Positions 1 to 9,340 of a stretch of 64,000 bases of DNA are shown here, one piece after another. The translations under genes and the position numbers were made by a program. The stretch covers positions 75,179-139,178 of the forward strand of contig JASDVF010000036.1 of NCBI GenBank assembly GCA_041440805.1. The letters run 5' to 3'. The notes beneath the pieces were generated by a model. It was given only the letters and a program-made list of their open reading frames with translations, made no database searches and was not told where the DNA came from. How positions within the stretch are numbered: the stretch's first letter is position 1; every line of letters starts with the position of its first letter. Source of the DNA: Myxococcota bacterium (GTDB lineage Bacteria; Myxococcota_A; UBA9160; UBA4427).

Positions 1-69
1 TTGGTGGGGCGCGCGTGTTCGGCTCGGAAAGCTTGGCTCAGAATGAGTAAAGACGATCTCTCGATCGTG

Positions 70-1113
70 TCACCCGGCCGGAAGTTCCCATTGGCCAGTG
101 GCTATACGACGCCAGATCTGCTGGAACGGGTAGACAAACTGCAGGGCGTAAGTCTTGAGGATACCGAGGAACGTGCCATCCGTTTCCATTGGGAACATTG
201 GATCGTCGACGCCGGTCTGTGGATATTCGCCGACTGCGTCCATATGAGTGCCGAAGAGTCGATCCCAGATGCAGAAGATCACGCCGAAGTTCTTGTCCGC
301 ATGCTCGTGAGCCGTGGAGTGATGGACGCGGTGACTCTGGGGTGTGACGAAGAGGTATCGCAAGGGGCCGTAGTCTGTTCGTAGGTTGCCGTGATAGGTG
401 TGCGTGTAGAGCATCTGCCCCACGATCAGCCACGGTACGAGCGGAATGTCCAGCTGCAGGATCATCGTGGGGTAGAGAATGATCGGCATCGCGATGAGCT
501 TGTCGAAGGGATGGACTCGGTCGTCGGTGAAAATATTCATCTCGCGCTGTGAGTGGTGAACCGCGTGAAATACCCAGAAGGCGCGAACCTTGTGGCGCAC
601 CAGGTGGTGAAGCCAATTTAGGAAATCGGCGAGTACAAAGGCGAGTACGAAGCGCACGGTTTGCGGGAGTTGGTCAACACCTGGGACTTTGAGGAAGGCG
701 AAATGATCGTTGTAGAGCGCAACTGCGGCGGAGTACGAGAAGATAGAGGCGACGAGTAGACCAAAGCCCAACTTGTCGATGAGCAGCCACGCGACGATGT
801 CGTGTGCAGCACCCGTGCTGAGCGTCTTCTGGCTCCCTCGCGCCGGTCGAAATCGCTCAGTGATTCCGACGCCGATCATGAGAATCCACAGCCAGGGGGA
901 CAATACGAACTGCACGAGTCCCCGAAGTGCCCTGCGCACCCAATCCGGGAAGTAGCCGCGCCAAATTTCCTTGGCTCCTTCGACGCACCCTGCCTCCGCG
1001 CTACAGGCCTCGTTACCGACCAGGAGTGCCAGGCCGAGTGCGAGCACTGCGAGGACCGGCAATGCGTACCCGAGTCGCAGCGTCGTGGGGGGAGTGAAGG
1101 TTTCGTTCGTCAT
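70..1113 (-). CDS. Fatty acid hydroxylase / sterol desaturase-superfamily membrane di-iron oxygenase
   Basis: 347-aa ORF with a hydrophobic N-terminal half. Three histidine boxes (WLHHLVRH, HAVHHS, HRVHHS) are typical of the FA_hydroxylase family. Confidence 0.8.
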   Translation of the reverse strand: MTNETFTPPTTLRLGYALPVLAVLALGLALLVGNEACSAEAGCVEGAKEIWRGYFPDWVRRALRGLVQFVLSPWLWILMIGVGITERFRPARGSQKTLSTGAAHDIVAWLLIDKLGFGLLVASIFSYSAAVALYNDHFAFLKVPGVDQLPQTVRFVLAFVLADFLNWLHHLVRHKVRAFWVFHAVHHSQREMNIFTDDRVHPFDKLIAMPIILYPTMILQLDIPLVPWLIVGQMLYTHTYHGNLRTDYGPLRYLFVTPQSHRVHHSTAHEHADKNFGVIFCIWDRLFGTHMDAVGEYPQTGVDDPMFPMETDGTFLGILKTYALQFVYPFQQIWRRIATGQWELPAG

Positions 1114-1348
1114 GAATGGCGTTGTTCCGACAAAAGTGGGACCAGGGTGGGACGAGGAGTTTCGAGGCTCTTGAACACGTTCTCATCGACGTCTCGTAGA
1201 CGCGACTGTACCGCTCGATTGCGCTCGGGCGCCCGTGTGTGAGAGACCGGTCGCAGCAAATTGGGGACATGGTGAGGGGGATGAACTACGAGCTTGAACT
1301 GTGCCGCTGGCTTGCGCTTGGACCCCGGGATAGGCACTTCTCGATCTC

Positions 1349-2545
1349 CTAATTCCGGTCGCCTGATGGATCCCTGATCAGTTCACCGACGCGTCTTGAG
1401 AGCGCATCCCAGGTGGAGTTTTTCACGAAGGCACGTCGTTGGTGAACCGCCTCAGGGTCGCGCTCGGCGAGCGCGCAATCCACGCCCGCAAGGAACTCGC
1501 CTTGATCGGTCGCCACGTACACACCTTCGGCAAAGGGCGCCAACTCGGGGAATTGGGTGGTCACGATCGGGAACCCGACGGCGAGATATTCTCTCAGCTT
1601 GATCGGATTACTGCTTTCAATCCACTCATTCATCAACCAAGGCATGAGAGCGACATCGAAGCAGCCCGCGTAGCGTGGCACGTCATCGTACGGGATCTGG
1701 CCGATGTACCGCACGTTAGGCTCCGCCTCGATCGAGGTCGTGTCCATAGCCTTAGGTCCGATGATTAACAGCGTGGCAGGGTGGATGTGCCGAGCGGTTG
1801 CGATCAGGAGTTCCTTGTCGATGGTGTAGTCGTCGAGCGCGCCGTAGAAGCCGACGATCGGGCGCGGGAGGCCTGCGATCTCATCCGGCAGGGGCCCGGG
1901 TTCTGCGACCGTCCGAGATGTGCTGAAGCGGTCGTAGTCGACGCCATGTCCCAGATACTCGTAGGAATTGCAGAGATGAGCCTCGCGCTCCATGAGGGCA
2001 TGACTCGTGTAGAAGACATGATCGCTGCGTTTGAGGACGCGTTTTTCCAGGGACTCGATGAAGGCGGTATCCGCTTCGGGGAAGCGCGAGAATTCGTCAG
2101 AGCGATTGAAGACGACCTGGCTCCAGCGCATTCGTTCGACGGCTTCGATGGCCGTCGGTGGCGTGACCCAAGCGGTCGGGTTGCACATGCCTAACAGCAT
2201 TCGGATGAGTCGGATTTGTAGCGATAGAAACCAGCCGTTGAAGCGCAGCCAGGGCAGGGTGTAGCGCGGCACGAAGATCGGACTGTAGATCCACATCCCG
2301 GATTCAGGATCTTTGCGCAGTCCCTTGAGCGTGCTCTTGAGCTTGCGGATGTAGCGGTTCATGGGGAGTTCGGTCTTACCGGGCGAGGGCGCGCGCATGC
2401 CGATGCTGTTGATCCAGAGGACGGGCATCTCGTCGGCCAACCGTTTCAGGATTTGGCACTCGCTATGGCCACGATTGTGATACCACCAATCTATGCCTCC
2501 GAAGGCGACGATACTGTCGCTGGGCTCGTTTGCAGTCGCGCTCAT
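1349..2545 (-). CDS. Glycosyltransferase (GT-B fold, GT1/GT4-like, TuaH-like)
   Basis: 398-aa ORF. Its start overlaps the stop of the upstream GT (TAATG at 2543-2547). The C-terminal half resembles a nucleotide-sugar binding lobe (GFYGALDDYT, ESSNPIKLREYLAVGFPIV). Family call is by recollection only. Confidence 0.6.
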   Translation of the reverse strand: MSATANEPSDSIVAFGGIDWWYHNRGHSECQILKRLADEMPVLWINSIGMRAPSPGKTELPMNRYIRKLKSTLKGLRKDPESGMWIYSPIFVPRYTLPWLRFNGWFLSLQIRLIRMLLGMCNPTAWVTPPTAIEAVERMRWSQVVFNRSDEFSRFPEADTAFIESLEKRVLKRSDHVFYTSHALMEREAHLCNSYEYLGHGVDYDRFSTSRTVAEPGPLPDEIAGLPRPIVGFYGALDDYTIDKELLIATARHIHPATLLIIGPKAMDTTSIEAEPNVRYIGQIPYDDVPRYAGCFDVALMPWLMNEWIESSNPIKLREYLAVGFPIVTTQFPELAPFAEGVYVATDQGEFLAGVDCALAERDPEAVHQRRAFVKNSTWDALSRRVGELIRDPSGDRN

Positions 2546-3738
2546 TATTTGGCGAATTCCTGGAAGAGCTTCTCGAGTTTTGAGACTTCCGTCGGGAGGT
2601 GATGGCGATCGCGAACTGCTGCAGCACCCGCAGTACCCATGGCATCAAGCTCTGGGATCGGCGTGTCTAGAATTTTGTGAATCGCCTGGCGGAGCGCTTC
2701 AACGCTACCGGCGGGCACGAGCCAGCCGTTTTCGCCGGGGACTACGAGTTCTGGGATGCCCGCGATATAGGTGCTCAGTACGGGGCGCTTCATGGCGAAG
2801 GCTTCCATGATGACGACGGGAAGTCCCTCGGCGAAGCTTGGGAGGATCATGGTTCGTGAGGATGCAAGTCTTCGAGCGACTTCGTCGGCACCGATCCAGC
2901 CGGTGATCTCGACATGATCTTGGAGGTCGTAGGCCGCGATGCGTTCTTCGATTTCCGGTCGCATCTCTCCGTCTCCGGCCAGGACGAGACGAAGTTGGCC
3001 ACCGTCCTCTATGACCTGGCGAACGGCTTCGAGGAGGAGGAGTTGTCCCTTTTGTGCGGAGAGTCGACCGACGCAAACCAGTGTATGGCTTTCGGGGTCG
3101 ATCGGGGTGGCTCGCTTGAACAGGGCATCTTCGACCGCGCAATGCACGACGCGGATCTTGTGCCAATGGTCGTGATGGACCCAGCGGCGGAGCTGAGCGC
3201 CGCAGTAATCGGTGATCGCGACGACGAACTCGGCCTCTTCGATTTTGGGGCCGAGAGCGAAGCCAATCGCGGAGTCGAGTTCGGCAGGGCCGTGGATGGT
3301 CATGCTGAAGTTCGGACCGCCTAGGCGCTTAACCAATCGAGCTACGGAAGCCGCGTTCGTCCCGAAGTGAACGTGGACGTGCTTGATGTCGCGGTCCCGC
3401 AGCCTTTTGGCCAAGGGGATGGCTTCAAGCAGATAGGCCAGGTTGACTACGATTCCGCGATGACTCACGCGACCCATTTGAAGGGTCATCCATAGGGCAC
3501 GCAGCAGCTGAATCGGATTGATGAAGAGCGCCGGCAGCAGGTCGCTGCGCAGCTCCGCCAAGGAATAATAGGTGTGTTCGACTTCGGCGAGGTCGTCTGG
3601 GTCGACGAGCACGCTCTCCGGCTCGCGGATCGAGAGTCGCTCCACTTCGTATCCGAGGCGTTCGAGCTCAAGGATCTCACGCCGAATAAACGTATGGCTG
3701 ACTTCGGGATAGCTGGTCGTCAGATAGGCGATGCGCAT
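2545..3738 (-). CDS. Glycosyltransferase family 4 (WcaL-like)
   Basis: ORF 2545-3765. Preferred start is MRIAYLTTSYP at 3738, preceded by purine-rich GAAGAAGG. Contains an EX7E motif (EGLPVVIME) and a GRLSAQKG mid motif. Confidence 0.8.
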   Translation of the reverse strand: MRIAYLTTSYPEVSHTFIRREILELERLGYEVERLSIREPESVLVDPDDLAEVEHTYYSLAELRSDLLPALFINPIQLLRALWMTLQMGRVSHRGIVVNLAYLLEAIPLAKRLRDRDIKHVHVHFGTNAASVARLVKRLGGPNFSMTIHGPAELDSAIGFALGPKIEEAEFVVAITDYCGAQLRRWVHHDHWHKIRVVHCAVEDALFKRATPIDPESHTLVCVGRLSAQKGQLLLLEAVRQVIEDGGQLRLVLAGDGEMRPEIEERIAAYDLQDHVEITGWIGADEVARRLASSRTMILPSFAEGLPVVIMEAFAMKRPVLSTYIAGIPELVVPGENGWLVPAGSVEALRQAIHKILDTPIPELDAMGTAGAAAVRDRHHLPTEVSKLEKLFQEFAK

Positions 3739-3777
3739 GGAGCGACCTTCTTCGTTGCGCATCACTGCGCTGCGAAA

Positions 3778-5439
3778 CTAAGCGGGGTTGGAGAGCAAAG
3801 CGGTCAGTGCGTTGCGATCAACTTTGCCATTCGAATTCAGGGGAAAAGTATCTATGTGGCGGATTTCGCGAGGCGCCATATACGCGGGAAGACGAGCCTT
3901 TCCGAGCTTCTGGACGGAAGAAAGATCCGCAGCTGCATCGGAGATAAAGACCACGATCGAATCCGCGCCGGCGGCGGTGATAGGCCACCCGAGAGCGATC
4001 GCGACATCGACTTCGGCGACCTCGCACATCGCGGCTTCGACCTCGCCGAGTTCGACGCGATAGCCCTGAATCTTGATCTGGTTGTCCATTCGACCCAAGT
4101 AGACCATGGGAGATTTGCCCTGGCTACTTCGCACTCGATCTCCGGTGCGGTAGAAGATTCGGTCTTCGCCGGGAGGAGTCGTATATGCGGTGGCGGTTCG
4201 TTCAGCATCGCGCCAATAACCGGGCGTGAGTTGGGGTCCAGTCATCAGCAATTCGCCGGTCTCGCCGTCCGCGACGGCTTGCAGATCTTCGTCGACGACG
4301 AGGACTTCCATTCCAGGGTAGGGATCCCCAATAGGCACGAGCCCCAATTCGCAGTCGCCCGCGGATCGTGCCGGATCCCATCGGTAGAGCGTGCAGGCGA
4401 TGGTGAGTTCAGTCGGGCCGTAGAGGTTCTCGAGGGTTGAGGCGGGTGCAGCTTCCACCCACCTCTCAACGATTTCTTGGGGAAGTGCCTCGCCGCAGAA
4501 CAGACTCCACCGGAGCGAGGGATATGCGTCGGGCTTGAGCATGCGAAGTTTGCTCATCATGACCGCGGTCGAGGGCACGGCAAACCAGATCGTGATGCCC
4601 GAATCCTGGATATACTTAGCCGGAAGCATTTTCTGCGCCTGTGTCGGGATGCAGACGCGCGCACCACATTCCCAGGCCAGGAAAAGGTCGAAGACGGAGA
4701 GGTCGAAGGTCAACTCGAAGGTCTGAGACAGGCGGTCTTCGGGCTGGACCGCATAGCGTTCTGACATCGCGTCGAGGAAGGCGTTTACGTTTGAGTGGGC
4801 GACCATTACGCCCTTCGGCACACCCGTACTGCCCGAAGTGAAGAGCAGGTAAGCAATGCCTTCGGGATCTACGGGCACCGGTATCCAATCACTTGCGGGC
4901 GCGAGATCCTGCTGGCCTAGCACGCGATGTGCGGGGAGGGCGGAAGCAAATTCGCTGACATCGTCCCGATCCGGGAAAATTAGAAGGAGCGGGATCTCGA
5001 CCCCTTCAAGAACCTCGACGATCTGTTTCTCGCCGTGTTCGTCGACCACTATGGCGCGACATCCGGAGCGCTCAAGCATGCTCCGCGTGCGGTCCGTCGG
5101 GAAGGTCGGGTTCAGCGGGACGTAACCATCGCCCCGGAACAGAGCAGCGAGAATGCCGGTCATGACGGATTTGGAGCGCTGACCAAAGACAGCGGTGAGC
5201 TGAGGATGGCTTTCGCGGGTGGCGTCGACCGGCCTTGCTTCGCGTGGGTCGAGCTCGCTAAGGGAAGCGGCCACGCGAGCAGCGGCGTCATGGAGTGCAA
5301 AGTAGCTGAGGCTTTCGCCGGCAACTTCAGCCGCGATCGCTTCGGGCGTGCGCGCGAAGGATCGAAGAAAGCCGGTGCGAAGAGATCGCACGCCACCTCG
5401 AGCTTCCGTTGCCGTGCTCGGGGTCTTGTCCACGGGCAT
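3778..5439 (-). CDS. AMP-dependent adenylating enzyme (DltA-like / exosortase-locus-type acyl or aminoacyl-carrier-protein ligase)
   Basis: 553 aa. Adenylation core motifs are LFTSGSTGVPKGV, NLYGPTE, YRTGDRV, KIQGYRVELGEVE and NSNGKVDR. Its start overlaps the stop of the upstream ACP gene (TAATG at 5437-5441). Confidence 0.85.
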   Translation of the reverse strand: MPVDKTPSTATEARGGVRSLRTGFLRSFARTPEAIAAEVAGESLSYFALHDAAARVAASLSELDPREARPVDATRESHPQLTAVFGQRSKSVMTGILAALFRGDGYVPLNPTFPTDRTRSMLERSGCRAIVVDEHGEKQIVEVLEGVEIPLLLIFPDRDDVSEFASALPAHRVLGQQDLAPASDWIPVPVDPEGIAYLLFTSGSTGVPKGVMVAHSNVNAFLDAMSERYAVQPEDRLSQTFELTFDLSVFDLFLAWECGARVCIPTQAQKMLPAKYIQDSGITIWFAVPSTAVMMSKLRMLKPDAYPSLRWSLFCGEALPQEIVERWVEAAPASTLENLYGPTELTIACTLYRWDPARSAGDCELGLVPIGDPYPGMEVLVVDEDLQAVADGETGELLMTGPQLTPGYWRDAERTATAYTTPPGEDRIFYRTGDRVRSSQGKSPMVYLGRMDNQIKIQGYRVELGEVEAAMCEVAEVDVAIALGWPITAAGADSIVVFISDAAADLSSVQKLGKARLPAYMAPREIRHIDTFPLNSNGKVDRNALTALLSNPA

Positions 5440-5711
5440 TAGGCCTGGGGCTCGCTCGCAGACGGGGCATCGGGGAAGAAGGCCTCGACTAAGGTGTCGA
5501 TGCAGTTGAAGACTTCGGGCTCGATGGCTTCGATATCTACTTCTTCTTCTCGCAGGCTCTCGATGAACAAGATGAATTCGACGATATCGAGTGACGACAA
5601 CAGTCCGTTGTCGAGGATCGTCTGATCATCGCTGGATAGCCTGTCCGAGGCGGCGCCGGCTCGGTCCAGAATCCAGAGGCGTAGCTCTTCGCGAATTATT
5701 TTTTCGTCCAT
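5439..5711 (-). CDS. Stand-alone acyl/peptidyl carrier protein
   Basis: 90 aa and acidic. Carrier motif GLLSSLDIVEF with a candidate phosphopantetheinyl Ser. Translationally coupled on both sides (TGATG at 5709-5713, TAATG at 5437-5441). Confidence 0.8.
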   Translation of the reverse strand: MDEKIIREELRLWILDRAGAASDRLSSDDQTILDNGLLSSLDIVEFILFIESLREEEVDIEAIEPEVFNCIDTLVEAFFPDAPSASEPQA

Positions 5712-6577
5712 CAGAAGAGGGGGCGCTCGTCGAGAAGTTCGGTTTCGAGGAAATAGTCGACCAGCTTGGCCGACGCGGTGGCGCGGAAATTGGCGCAGGT
5801 CTCATGGGCCATTGCCGCCTTTCGCACCTTGTACCCATCCGGGATTCCGGCGTCCTTGTAGACCGCCGGATTGTAGAAATCTCCCCAGGAGGAGACTAAG
5901 TACTGAACGAGCCATGTTTTGAATCGTTCATTTTCTTCCTTGGTCCAGAGCGGGCGATACTCGTCGGCGATTTCGCGCAGAATTCCGCGGCCGAACGCGA
6001 GATGCCGGGCTTCGTCGACATGGTGTGTCTTGTTAATCTTGGCCACCAAGGGATCGATCGACTGATCGCTCATCATCTTGAGATTGTAGAAGTCACCGAG
6101 TTCTTCGACGATGAGCACCTTGCAGAAGAAAGCGATTTCTTCTTCGCCCTTCGCGTACTCTCGCGGAAGCACGATCTTCTTTTCCGGGTAGATCTTGCCG
6201 GCGTACCGGTTGCAGAATTCCCCGAACATGATCATGTGCTTGTTTTCTTCATCGATGAAATGATGAAGGTACTCAGTGATCGGGCCCATCGTGTTCTTGC
6301 GGTACATCCGGTTCATTAGGCCCGAGATCAAAGGGCGCTCACCGTAGAGTACGAAGCTAAAGAAGTTAACGATCTCATAGAAGCTGAGTCGTTTTTGCTG
6401 CGTTTCGTCAAGCGCTTCGTACGCGTCCGTGCCATAGATCGAAATCAGCTCGGGGCTCATGTACCAGTCAGCGTCCGGCACGAGCGCTTCGGGCCAATCG
6501 AACGCCGTATGGACATCCCAAATTTTGCGACGTGACGCCTCTGTCAGCCTGGGGGCAAGCTTGATTGTTTTCCACAT
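5711..6577 (-). CDS. Ferritin-like di-iron oxygenase (AurF-like family)
   Basis: ORF 5711-6739. Preferred start is MWKTIKL at 6577, because the upstream 54 aa are Arg/Ser-rich junk. Two E-x-x-H motifs (DEENKH, DEARH) sit in helical context. Confidence 0.7.
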   Translation of the reverse strand: MWKTIKLAPRLTEASRRKIWDVHTAFDWPEALVPDADWYMSPELISIYGTDAYEALDETQQKRLSFYEIVNFFSFVLYGERPLISGLMNRMYRKNTMGPITEYLHHFIDEENKHMIMFGEFCNRYAGKIYPEKKIVLPREYAKGEEEIAFFCKVLIVEELGDFYNLKMMSDQSIDPLVAKINKTHHVDEARHLAFGRGILREIADEYRPLWTKEENERFKTWLVQYLVSSWGDFYNPAVYKDAGIPDGYKVRKAAMAHETCANFRATASAKLVDYFLETELLDERPLF

Positions 6578-6986
6578 GCTCTGTAATTCTCCAGGCTGTC
6601 GCAGCGGGGGCGGGCGTCCGGCGGTTTGGAAGTGATCGGATGAACGACCTGTTTCAGATCCGGATGAGATGCGACATTCTGAGTATAGCTTTTGGGATCG
6701 GGCCGTTTTCTCATCTCGCTGAGATCCGCTTCTGCGCATATAGAAACGAGCTGATCCGACTTATTGAGTACCCGACGTGCCGGCGTGGGTGACGCAGGCG
6801 GCCGGCATTTGCCGGTTGAGCCTTTCAGAGTCCGACAATCGCAGCCCGTCGTACGGTTTCACCCCCACTATGGGAGTGGTCTACGATTCTCATCGGGCCG
6901 CCTGCAGGGTGCCTTGAGACGCGTCTTAGGGTCTATGCCGTGGCATTTTGACAAGATGGGGAAGAGTTGAAGGCTGCAGGCAATGG

Positions 6987-7022
6987 GCGTGCAGCTCGCA
7001 CGCACGACGGGTCGGACCCGTC
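6987..7022 (-). terminator. Two adjacent GC-rich hairpins directly after the acyltransferase stop codon
   Basis: GACGGGT-CGG-ACCCGTC (7006-7022) abuts the TAG at 7023-7025. GCGTGC-AGCTC-GCACGC (6987-7003) follows. There is no U-tract, so function is uncertain. Confidence 0.25.
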
Positions 7023-8147
7023 CTAGAAACCGCTCGGGCCGTGGCCATCCATGTTCGTGAGGTGAAGACCTTGGCGGGTCTCATCGAAGGGTTCCAGGAT
7101 CTTCTGAAAAGCCGGGGCCACAGCAAAGCAACGCCGACCTTCGAGCACGACGTAACCCTCTGCCGCGAAAGCTCCGACCCACTCTGGATGGCTCTGATTC
7201 GAACCGATCAGATCGACGCCTCGCTTTTCTAGAAAGCGTGTTGCCGCGGCGATGACAGAGCCCGCGTCTTCCGGGCGAGCCAAACAATCGGCGATGCAGC
7301 CGACGCGTAGATCTCCGAAGCGAGGATCGTCCGTGAGTGGGTTGTCGAGCACGACTGCCCAGCCGATGTCCTGGCCGTCACGCGTGATCCGCAGCCGAAT
7401 CCCTTTGGGCCACCGACCGTCCTCGGGGATGAGATCATTCATGGTGGCAGCATCGCGTCGCGCGAGTGCGTGGTAGTCGTCCTTGCAACTGTCCCAGATC
7501 GTGTCGGCCCAGCTGTCGAATCGCGGAACGACTTCGGCTTCAGCTCTTGTGTGTCGCCGGCCGCGCATTTTGAGCGCTAAATGGAGCAGCTTCAGGCCGA
7601 TCCAGCCAGCGCCCGTGAATGCCAGTAGGTCGAGAGCGAGCCGCTTTGGTGGCGACTGGCGCAGGTAGGTGTTGCGGCGCAGAAAGCGGAAGGGATGCAG
7701 GACCTTCAAGCAGAAAGGCGTTTCGTGCACGAGCCACTTGAGCGACCTGATCATCTGTAGAAGACGCGACTCGTTCCCGCCGTGCCCCCAGCTGTACAAG
7801 ACCGGGTAGCGCTTCAACATCTCTCGAAGCAGCCGAAGGCCTAGGGTGGCGAAGCGTGGTTCAAGCAGACCTTCCGAAACGGGTCCCTGCCAATCGGCAA
7901 CGGGGACATCTTCGCCGCGGATCCGCCATTCATGGCATTTGTGCGCATACGCTCCACGAACTTCGCCATCATCATCGAGGGCGAGGTAATGCTCTCGCCA
8001 GGTCTTCTTCCCCTCACGTTCGGGGAGCCAGGCATCCACGCTCTTCCCGTACCAACCCCACCCCGTCTTTCCTTCGAGCATTCTTTGATTGAATGCATCG
8101 ACCGCGGACTCATGCTCGGCTTTGTAGGGAACTACTTTGATAGCCAT
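7023..8147 (-). CDS. Two-lobed GNAT/FemAB-like acyltransferase
   Basis: 374 aa. Its size and context (exosortase-type EPS loci often carry a FemAB-like protein) support the call. The C-terminal lobe has GNAT-like strands (IGWAVVLD, RVGCIADC, AAATRFLEKRG). No HMM was run. Confidence 0.45.
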   Translation of the reverse strand: MAIKVVPYKAEHESAVDAFNQRMLEGKTGWGWYGKSVDAWLPEREGKKTWREHYLALDDDGEVRGAYAHKCHEWRIRGEDVPVADWQGPVSEGLLEPRFATLGLRLLREMLKRYPVLYSWGHGGNESRLLQMIRSLKWLVHETPFCLKVLHPFRFLRRNTYLRQSPPKRLALDLLAFTGAGWIGLKLLHLALKMRGRRHTRAEAEVVPRFDSWADTIWDSCKDDYHALARRDAATMNDLIPEDGRWPKGIRLRITRDGQDIGWAVVLDNPLTDDPRFGDLRVGCIADCLARPEDAGSVIAAATRFLEKRGVDLIGSNQSHPEWVGAFAAEGYVVLEGRRCFAVAPAFQKILEPFDETRQGLHLTNMDGHGPSGF

Positions 8148-8530
8148 GGGACGAGTGGGCTCTCCGTGTGGGGGCGCGGCATCAGTCGCTATTTTTTCTG
8201 GACGAGGAGTCGAGGTCGAAAGGGAGATAAGGGCTGACCTAAACGCTCAAATGGCACAGGATCCGAAGCGTGTCGGGTCGGCGGTCGCATCTCCTGCGCG
8301 AAAAGTGGGCTCGCACGCTGCATGATGAAGCCGTCTCAACGAGCGAGTATACGCAATAATGATCAGGGTCCGTTCGAATTGGGCCGATGAATGCCGTGGG
8401 TCGGTTTGCCGCCGGAGTCGCTCCGCCGCGAACCCTTACGCGGCGGGGGCGGATCCGGGACAGCCAAACTTTGAATGCTATTTGCAGGGCTACGTGTGTG
8501 GCCATTGCGCAAGGGAGACGTTGAGTCGCA

Positions 8531-9340
8531 ATGGGGGAAACGATCGTATTCTTTCGAGACGACGACGTCGGTGAAATGACCGATCCGCTGCGCTTCCACC
8601 TCGACGTGCTTCTTGAGCGAGACATTCCCTGTCACTACCAAGTCGTTCCCGACTACCTCGACGCCGAATGTGCGGGGGCGCTTCGGCAACTCAAGCAGAC
8701 CCACCGCGATTTGCTGCACTTTAATCAGCATGGACTTCATCATGAGCAGACGCTGAACGGCGAGCAAGTTTATAGTGAGTTCGCTGGCGGGCGGCCCTTC
8801 GAGGATCAGCTCGGCGATATCCGCCTTGGCCGCGAGCGGCTCGAGCAAGCACTTGGAGACGCATTCGAAGGAGACGTCTTTACGCCGCCCTGTCACAAAT
8901 ATGATCGTGAGACGCTCCGCGCGTTAGGCGAACTTGGATTCAAGACGCTGTCCGCAGGGGTTCGCACGGACCCCGCTTCGCGGTTCTATTATTTCGTGGG
9001 CCATTTGCTTGGCAGAGTTGAGCTGCTCGGGAAGCGTGTGTCCTATCATCAGCGAGTGACTCCCGAAAAGCGTCTGACCGAAGTCTCCGTCGTGATCGAT
9101 GTACATGAAGATCAAGACGACGCGGGCAACAGGATCGATAAAGACGTCGATACGCTTTGGGGTGAGTTCTGCGCAGCGCGTGAAGTACTCAAAGCCGTCG
9201 GCGTCATGACGCATCACCAAGTTTGTGACACGCCAGCACGACAGGCTGTGCTGGCGGAGTTCGTCTCTCGGATCGCAGCCGAGCCCGGCGTTCGTTTCGA
9301 GAGCCTGCGGGACCTAGCGCCACAATCGGTGGCCTCATGA
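8531..9340 (+). CDS. Putative polysaccharide deacetylase / NodB-fold hydrolase
   Basis: 269 aa. N-terminal FFRDDDVGE resembles the TFDDG-type metal motif, followed by a His-rich NQHGLHHE. The stop overlaps the next GT2 start (ATGA at 9337-9340). Confidence 0.4.
   Translation: MGETIVFFRDDDVGEMTDPLRFHLDVLLERDIPCHYQVVPDYLDAECAGALRQLKQTHRDLLHFNQHGLHHEQTLNGEQVYSEFAGGRPFEDQLGDIRLGRERLEQALGDAFEGDVFTPPCHKYDRETLRALGELGFKTLSAGVRTDPASRFYYFVGHLLGRVELLGKRVSYHQRVTPEKRLTEVSVVIDVHEDQDDAGNRIDKDVDTLWGEFCAAREVLKAVGVMTHHQVCDTPARQAVLAEFVSRIAAEPGVRFESLRDLAPQSVAS

Noticed and set aside
1-384. 127-aa plus-strand ORF starting at TTG at position 1
   Set aside because: It lies antisense to the well-supported hydroxylase gene (70-1113), has no recognisable motifs, and has the composition typical of a GC-rich shadow frame.
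3574-4440. 288-aa plus-strand ORF
   Set aside because: It is the antisense shadow of the AMP-ligase gene, whose adenylation motifs are unambiguous. It is Arg/Gly/Ala-rich with no domain signature. The same reasoning applies to 34062-34931, 39745-40353, 47766-48770, 49544-50404 and 20869-21687.
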